Positions 26,467 to 31,256 of a stretch of 31,256 bases of DNA are shown here, in pieces; the first letter of the stretch is position 1; each line of letters opens with the position of its first letter. The notes beneath the pieces were generated by a model. The model searched no databases, was not told where the DNA came from, and saw only the letters and a list, made by a program, of their open reading frames with translations. This DNA comes from an uncultured Pirellulales bacterium (lineage in GTDB: Bacteria > Planctomycetota > Phycisphaerae > Sedimentisphaerales > Anaerobacaceae), in NCBI GenBank assembly GCA_964546095.1, contig CAZJIR010000001.1, positions 1 through 31,256 of the forward strand, written 5' to 3'. Position numbers and translations under genes: made by a program.

Positions 26467-26470
26467 GTAT

Positions 26471-28012
26471 ATGAGTCGGGAAATTATCGCCATACTGGAT
26501 TTTGGCAGTCAGTACGGTCAACTGATAGCGAGGAGGATTCGAGAACAAAACGTATACTCCCAAATTTTTCCTGCGCATACCACGGCAGAAGAACTGTCAA
26601 GATTGGGCATTAAGGGATTGATACTGTCCGGCGGGCCTGCAAGCGTCTATGACAAAAACGCACCAAAATGTGATAAGGAAATCTTCGAACTGGATGTGCC
26701 GATTCTGGGCATTTGCTATGGGATGCAGTTAGGCTGTCAGGTTTTGGGGGCAAAGATTGCAGCCGCTCAAAGACATGAATATGGACGAACAACTCTGGCT
26801 ATCCTTGAAAAATACGATTTGTTTGCAAATATGTCGGATTCAATCACGGCCTGGGCCAGCCATGGCGACCAAATCGATAAGCTCAGCAGCGATTTTGTTA
26901 AATTAGCAACCACCGATACATGTCCTTATGCGGCGGTAAGGCACAAGAAAAAGAAGTTTTTCGGTGTCCAGTTTCACCCTGAAGTTTCACATACACCTCA
27001 AGGCTCAATGATTTTAAAGAACTTCCTGTACGATATCTGCGGCTGTAGCGGCGACTGGAAAATGAGCGATTTCGTTAGTGAAACTGTAGAAATAGTCCGT
27101 CAACAAGCCGGTAACGCCAAGGTAATATGCGGGCTGAGCGGCGGAGTTGATTCGTCGGTTGTCGCGTCGCTGGTTCATAAGGCGATAGGCGACCAGCTTG
27201 TTTGTATTTTTGTCGATAACGGCCTGCTGCGAAATAACGAATGTGAAAATGTCGTGTCAACCTTCCGTAATCATTTTCATATGGATTTGCATGTTGTCGA
27301 TTGGTCCAGGCAGTTCCTTGAGGGCCTGGCCGGAGTAACCGACCCTCAGCAAAAACGCAAAATAATCGGCTCTGAATTCATTAATGCTTTTGAATCGGAA
27401 GCGAAAAAAAATCCGAACGCCAGGTTTCTTGCTCAGGGAACGCTGTATCCCGATGTTATCGAATCAGGCTCAAAAGACGGCAACCCCGCAGCGAATATCA
27501 AGCTGCATCACAACGTAGGGGGGCTGCCAGCCGAGATGGGATTCGAGCTGATTGAGCCTTTGCGGGATTTGTTTAAGGATGAGGTGAGGGTAGTCGGCGA
27601 GTATCTTGGATTGCCTGAGGATATCGTCTGGCGGCATCCTTTCCCGGGGCCGGGCCTTGCAGTTAGGATAATTGGAGAGGTTACACCGCAAAGACTGGAA
27701 ATTCTCCGGGCCTCTGATGAAATCTTAATAGATGAAATAAAATCGGCAGGTCTATATAGGAAGATATCGCAGGCGCTGACGGTGCTTATGCCTGTCTTGA
27801 CAGTCGGTGTGATGGGCGATGAACGAAGCTACGAAAATGTTATTGCCGTTCGGTCAGTTGATACTGTCGATTTTATGACTGCTGATTTTTCGCGAATCCC
27901 ATACGAGGTGCTTGGCATCATATCCAACCGGATTATAAACGAGGTCAGAGGCGTTAACCGGGTCGTTTATGATATATCCAGCAAACCCCCGGCGACAATC
28001 GAATGGGAATAG
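26471..28012 (+). CDS. guaA: GMP synthase (glutamine-hydrolysing)
   Basis: [51 protein letters not shown] and KPPATIEWE motifs. Confidence 0.98.
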   Translation: MSREIIAILDFGSQYGQLIARRIREQNVYSQIFPAHTTAEELSRLGIKGLILSGGPASVYDKNAPKCDKEIFELDVPILGICYGMQLGCQVLGAKIAAAQRHEYGRTTLAILEKYDLFANMSDSITAWASHGDQIDKLSSDFVKLATTDTCPYAAVRHKKKKFFGVQFHPEVSHTPQGSMILKNFLYDICGCSGDWKMSDFVSETVEIVRQQAGNAKVICGLSGGVDSSVVASLVHKAIGDQLVCIFVDNGLLRNNECENVVSTFRNHFHMDLHVVDWSRQFLEGLAGVTDPQQKRKIIGSEFINAFESEAKKNPNARFLAQGTLYPDVIESGSKDGNPAANIKLHHNVGGLPAEMGFELIEPLRDLFKDEVRVVGEYLGLPEDIVWRHPFPGPGLAVRIIGEVTPQRLEILRASDEILIDEIKSAGLYRKISQALTVLMPVLTVGVMGDERSYENVIAVRSVDTVDFMTADFSRIPYEVLGIISNRIINEVRGVNRVVYDISSKPPATIEWE

Positions 28013-28030
28013 CAGCAGATGTCGTCGGCG

Positions 28031-29083
28031 CTATTGTTCGCCTTGCTCGAATAGCTCTGGCTGGTCGGAGGGGTGTTTCTTTTGATGGACTTTTAGGCCT
28101 AAATGCTCGCAGGCTTGTTTGGTAACTTCTCTGCCGCGTTTTGTTCGGCGCAGAAAACCAATCTGTAAAAGATACGGCTCGACGACGTCCTCCAGTGTAT
28201 CTCTTTCTTCGCCGAGTGTGGCTGCAATGGCCTCGATGCCGGCGGGGCCGCCATCATAAACATTTGCCAGCGCTCTCAGAACCGCCCTATCCAATTCATC
28301 CAGACCCAGTGCATCAATTTGCTCCATCTTCAGCGCGCTTTCGACAATCCCGGCACTGAGGACTCCTGAGCCTTTTACCTGTGCGTAGTCACGGACGCGT
28401 TTTAACAATCGATTTGCAACTCTCGGCGTCCCACGGGAGCGGTTCGCAATCAGTTCAAGCGTTCCATCTTCGCATTGCAGACCCAATAGCTCAGCGGACC
28501 TGTCCAGAATATCCGTCAGCTCGGCGCTGCTGTAAAAATCCAGATGATACAGCATACCAAATCGACTGCGGAGAGGAGCGCTTAACAGCCCGGCTCGTGT
28601 AGTGGCACCAATCAACGTAAAACGCTTCAGCGGGAAATTTATCGTCTTTGCGTGCAAACCGCTATCCACGGTGAAATCGACTTTGAAATCCTCCATGGCC
28701 GGGTAGATAAATTCTTCAACAAGGGTGCTTAGTCTGTGGACTTCATCGATGAATAGCACGTCGCCGGTGCTAATATTGCTTAAGAGGCCCATCACATCGC
28801 CTACTTTTGCAAGGGCCGGGCCCGATGAGCAGCGAATTCTCGCATCCATCTCATTCGCCACGACATGAGCCAGCGTAGTTTTGCCGAGTCCCGGCGGGCC
28901 GTAAAACAAGATATGCTCCAAAGGCTCAGACCTTTGTTTAGCCGCTTCTATGGCAATCGCAAGTTTTTCTCTGACATTGCATTGGCCTACACATTCGGCC
29001 AGATATTTGGGCCTGAGGGATATGTTAAAGCTCTCTTCCTGCTCACTCAAAGACCGCCCGCTTATGATTCTGCCTATTGCCAT
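28031..29083 (-). CDS. ruvB: Holliday junction branch migration helicase RuvB
   Basis: LRPKYL, GPPGLGKTTLA, FIDEVHRL, SRGTPRVANRLL and EPYLLQ motifs. Confidence 0.97.
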   Translation of the reverse strand: MAIGRIISGRSLSEQEESFNISLRPKYLAECVGQCNVREKLAIAIEAAKQRSEPLEHILFYGPPGLGKTTLAHVVANEMDARIRCSSGPALAKVGDVMGLLSNISTGDVLFIDEVHRLSTLVEEFIYPAMEDFKVDFTVDSGLHAKTINFPLKRFTLIGATTRAGLLSAPLRSRFGMLYHLDFYSSAELTDILDRSAELLGLQCEDGTLELIANRSRGTPRVANRLLKRVRDYAQVKGSGVLSAGIVESALKMEQIDALGLDELDRAVLRALANVYDGGPAGIEAIAATLGEERDTLEDVVEPYLLQIGFLRRTKRGREVTKQACEHLGLKVHQKKHPSDQPELFEQGEQ

Positions 29084-29133
29084 TTTCGATTGACTATTTT
29101 TTAGTTTCTTTATCTATATACACTGCTTTTTAA

Positions 29134-29763
29134 TCAGACCTCTACTCCCTGCTTTAGTCTGTATATTAAAGGCACAAGCGCCTCGGCTGAGTTTATATTG
29201 GGGTGCTTGCGACACGCCAACTCAACCAGCTCCATTGCTTCGGCTCGTCTTTCACCCCAAGCGATAAGAATCTCCAGCGCCTCAATCTGGAACGGTTTGA
29301 ATCCGGCCTCTGTCCGCTTAGCTGGTTCGGCCCCGGCGGCAAAAGACTGCAACTTGCCGCGTAATTCTGCAATAATTTGCTGAGCCATCCTTTTGCCTAT
29401 CGAAGGCAGCGACATCAATGTCTTGTCGTCAGCACTCTCAATAGCTGCCGCAATTGTGGCTATCGGGATGCTTAAGGACCGCAATCCCTTTTTTATGCCC
29501 ATACCTTTGACACTGATATACTTGGTAAAAAAATCTCTCTCGCCCACATTTAAGAAGCCGACCATTCTTGGGATGAGATTTCCGCCGCCAAGCGTGCCCT
29601 CATAATACTCCATAGTACAAAGAGAAACGTCCGAGCCGATTCGGTCAGATAACAAATTCACACAATAGCTCGGTAACATAACCTCATAACCGACTGCTCC
29701 GACCTGCACCAGGCAGCAGTCGCTATCAAGCTTTACAAGTTTTCCTTCAATGCCGGCTATCAT
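29134..29763 (-). CDS. ruvA: Holliday junction branch migration protein RuvA
   Basis: N-terminal OB fold (VGAVGYEV), helix-hairpin-helix motifs VKGMGIK and LPSIGKRMAQ; located between ruvC and ruvB. Confidence 0.93.
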   Translation of the reverse strand: MIAGIEGKLVKLDSDCCLVQVGAVGYEVMLPSYCVNLLSDRIGSDVSLCTMEYYEGTLGGGNLIPRMVGFLNVGERDFFTKYISVKGMGIKKGLRSLSIPIATIAAAIESADDKTLMSLPSIGKRMAQQIIAELRGKLQSFAAGAEPAKRTEAGFKPFQIEALEILIAWGERRAEAMELVELACRKHPNINSAEALVPLIYRLKQGVEV

Positions 29764-29806
29764 ATCGATTTATTATTGATTATTTTCTATTTATTATTTC
29801 AATGGC

Positions 29807-30292
29807 TCAGATAAAAACACTATTTATCGAATTCGCACAGCACAGTGCCGTTGCTATGGCATCAGCTACATCATTCGGCTCAGGTATTTGAGGCAGGGAT
29901 AAAATGGTTTGAATAGTCTTTTGCACCTGCTCCTTCGAGGCCCTGCCGTTGCCGGTAATCGATTTTTTTATACGTGTTGCGCTGAAGCTCCTGACTTCAA
30001 CCGCCGCCTGAACGCACCTCTGCAGTATAACACCTCTTGCGTGTCCCATCAATATCGCCGTCTTCGGATGAGCATAATGCGAGTACAACTCCTCCACCGC
30101 CACAACATCCGGTCCGAAACTTTCCAGAAGCGATTGAGTATCTTCGGCAATTCTATTGAGTTTTTGCTCTATCGCTGAGCCGGTATCTGTGCGAATAACA
30201 CCTGCTTCAATCAACGTCTCTCTATCCTGGCCTGTTTCCAAGCAAGCATATCCGCAGACTTGTAAACCCGGGTCGATACCGAGTATCCTCAT
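29807..30292 (-). CDS. ruvC: Crossover junction endodeoxyribonuclease RuvC
   Basis: ILGIDPG, VAVEE, GHARGV, GNGRASKEQV and DVADAIATA motifs. Confidence 0.96.
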   Translation of the reverse strand: MRILGIDPGLQVCGYACLETGQDRETLIEAGVIRTDTGSAIEQKLNRIAEDTQSLLESFGPDVVAVEELYSHYAHPKTAILMGHARGVILQRCVQAAVEVRSFSATRIKKSITGNGRASKEQVQKTIQTILSLPQIPEPNDVADAIATALCCANSINSVFI

Positions 30293-31256
30293 TTCATTCT
30301 CCAGGTTGTCTGGTCCGATTTGTCTTCCAGGACAATGCCGATTCCATCCAGTTTGTTACGAAGCTCATCCGCTTTGTTAAAGTCCCTGTTTCTGCGTGCT
30401 TCATTTCGCTGCTCAATTAAAACATCGACCAGCTTTTCCGTCAGCTCATTATCTGCGCCGGCGGTCTTTGGAAACTCCTGTGTCACAATACCGAGACAAT
30501 CACCACCCATCCGGTCGAACAGAACATCAATAAGATTAAGCGTTGCCTGGGTTGTACGGCTATTCTCAAGCAGTTTCTGCGCCAAACGAACAAGTTCAAA
30601 CATAACCGACAGCGCAATCGAAGTATTCAAGTCATCATTCATTGCAGCTTCGAATTTTTCTCTCATCTGTTTTAGCTGCGCCACTACTGCCTCGTCGATG
30701 GGGCTTTCCTTTGCTATTCTCATTCTTCTTCTTACTGCTTTAACCGTCTCGGTAATTTTTTGGTAACCACTTTGTGCGGCGAACAGGGCCGCATCCGAGA
30801 AATCCAAGGGGCTTCGGTAATGGCTGTTCAAAATTAACTGCCTTATTGCCAACGGGTCATAGTATCTTGTCAGCCTCTCATGCGTGCCTGAAAAAGCCTG
30901 TTTCAATGTAATAAAATTGTTCAGGCTCCTGCTCATTTTTTGCCCGTCAACGGTAACCATGTTATTATGCAGCCAGTATCGCACAAACGGCGCATCGTTG
31001 GCGGCTTCCGACTGGGCGATTTCGCATTCGTGATGTGGAAATTTATTGTCCAGTCCGCCGCCATGAATATCGATTGTTTTACCGAGATATTTCATACTCA
31101 TTACCGAGCATTCCAGATGCCAGCCGGGATAACCCATCCCCCACGCGCTGGGCCATTGCATAATATGGTTCGGCTCAGCTTTCTTCCAGAGCGCAAAATC
31201 AACAGGATTCCTTTTATCAGGCGAAACCTCCACGCGAGCACCGGCCAACATCTCCT
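30289..31256 (-). CDS. cysS: Cysteine--tRNA ligase, C-terminal part (5' end outside the window)
   Basis: [44 protein letters not shown] and ADELRNKL motifs; 4-nt overlap with ruvC. Confidence 0.96.
   Translation of the reverse strand, partial: EMLAGARVEVSPDKRNPVDFALWKKAEPNHIMQWPSAWGMGYPGWHLECSVMSMKYLGKTIDIHGGGLDNKFPHHECEIAQSEAANDAPFVRYWLHNNMVTVDGQKMSRSLNNFITLKQAFSGTHERLTRYYDPLAIRQLILNSHYRSPLDFSDAALFAAQSGYQKITETVKAVRRRMRIAKESPIDEAVVAQLKQMREKFEAAMNDDLNTSIALSVMFELVRLAQKLLENSRTTQATLNLIDVLFDRMGGDCLGIVTQEFPKTAGADNELTEKLVDVLIEQRNEARRNRDFNKADELRNKLDGIGIVLEDKSDQTTWRMK

Noticed and set aside
2858-30766. Numerous track ORFs antisense to or overlapping well-supported genes (e.g. 2858-3679, 7470-8042, 9535-9915, 20065-20487, 30320-30766)
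   Set aside because: Shadow ORFs of real genes, with no independent motifs or ribosome-binding sites.
31249-31256. AGGAG-ATG at the window edge as the cysS start
   Set aside because: LAGARVEV is an internal CysRS segment and the HIGH motif is missing, so the gene is truncated by the window.

Overview
A 31-kb bacterial chromosomal window of moderate GC. Gene content (DUF1559-type prepilin, tandem DUF1080, Tat-exported Gfo/Idh/MocA) suggests Planctomycetota, probably Phycisphaerae; this is an inference. Housekeeping genes: tRNA-His, dapB, araA, glmS, hisH-hisF, clpB, tRNA-Arg, guaA, ruvB-ruvA-ruvC and a partial cysS. Accessory genes: an MntA/HepT toxin-antitoxin pair, a GNAT behind an attenuator-like leader, and small AT-rich membrane-protein genes. 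Two regions stand out. (1) 17.3-25.5 kb: two CFA/I- or spore-coat-U-like pilin subunits, a tandem-duplicated chaperone-like protein, a secretin fused to eight Ig-like repeats and a small lipoprotein, with no usher in the cluster. This looks like a chaperone-type pilus exported through a secretin. (2) A ~130-bp non-coding element present twice (223-351 and 5256-5389, ~79% identical by hand alignment), made of a sigma70 promoter, a hairpin and an attI-like GTTAG site. One copy precedes a gene with integron-cassette-like boundaries, yet no integrase is in the window. Intergenic DNA is rich in heptamer arrays and REP-like palindromes. All product calls come from motif recognition by eye; no database searches were run.
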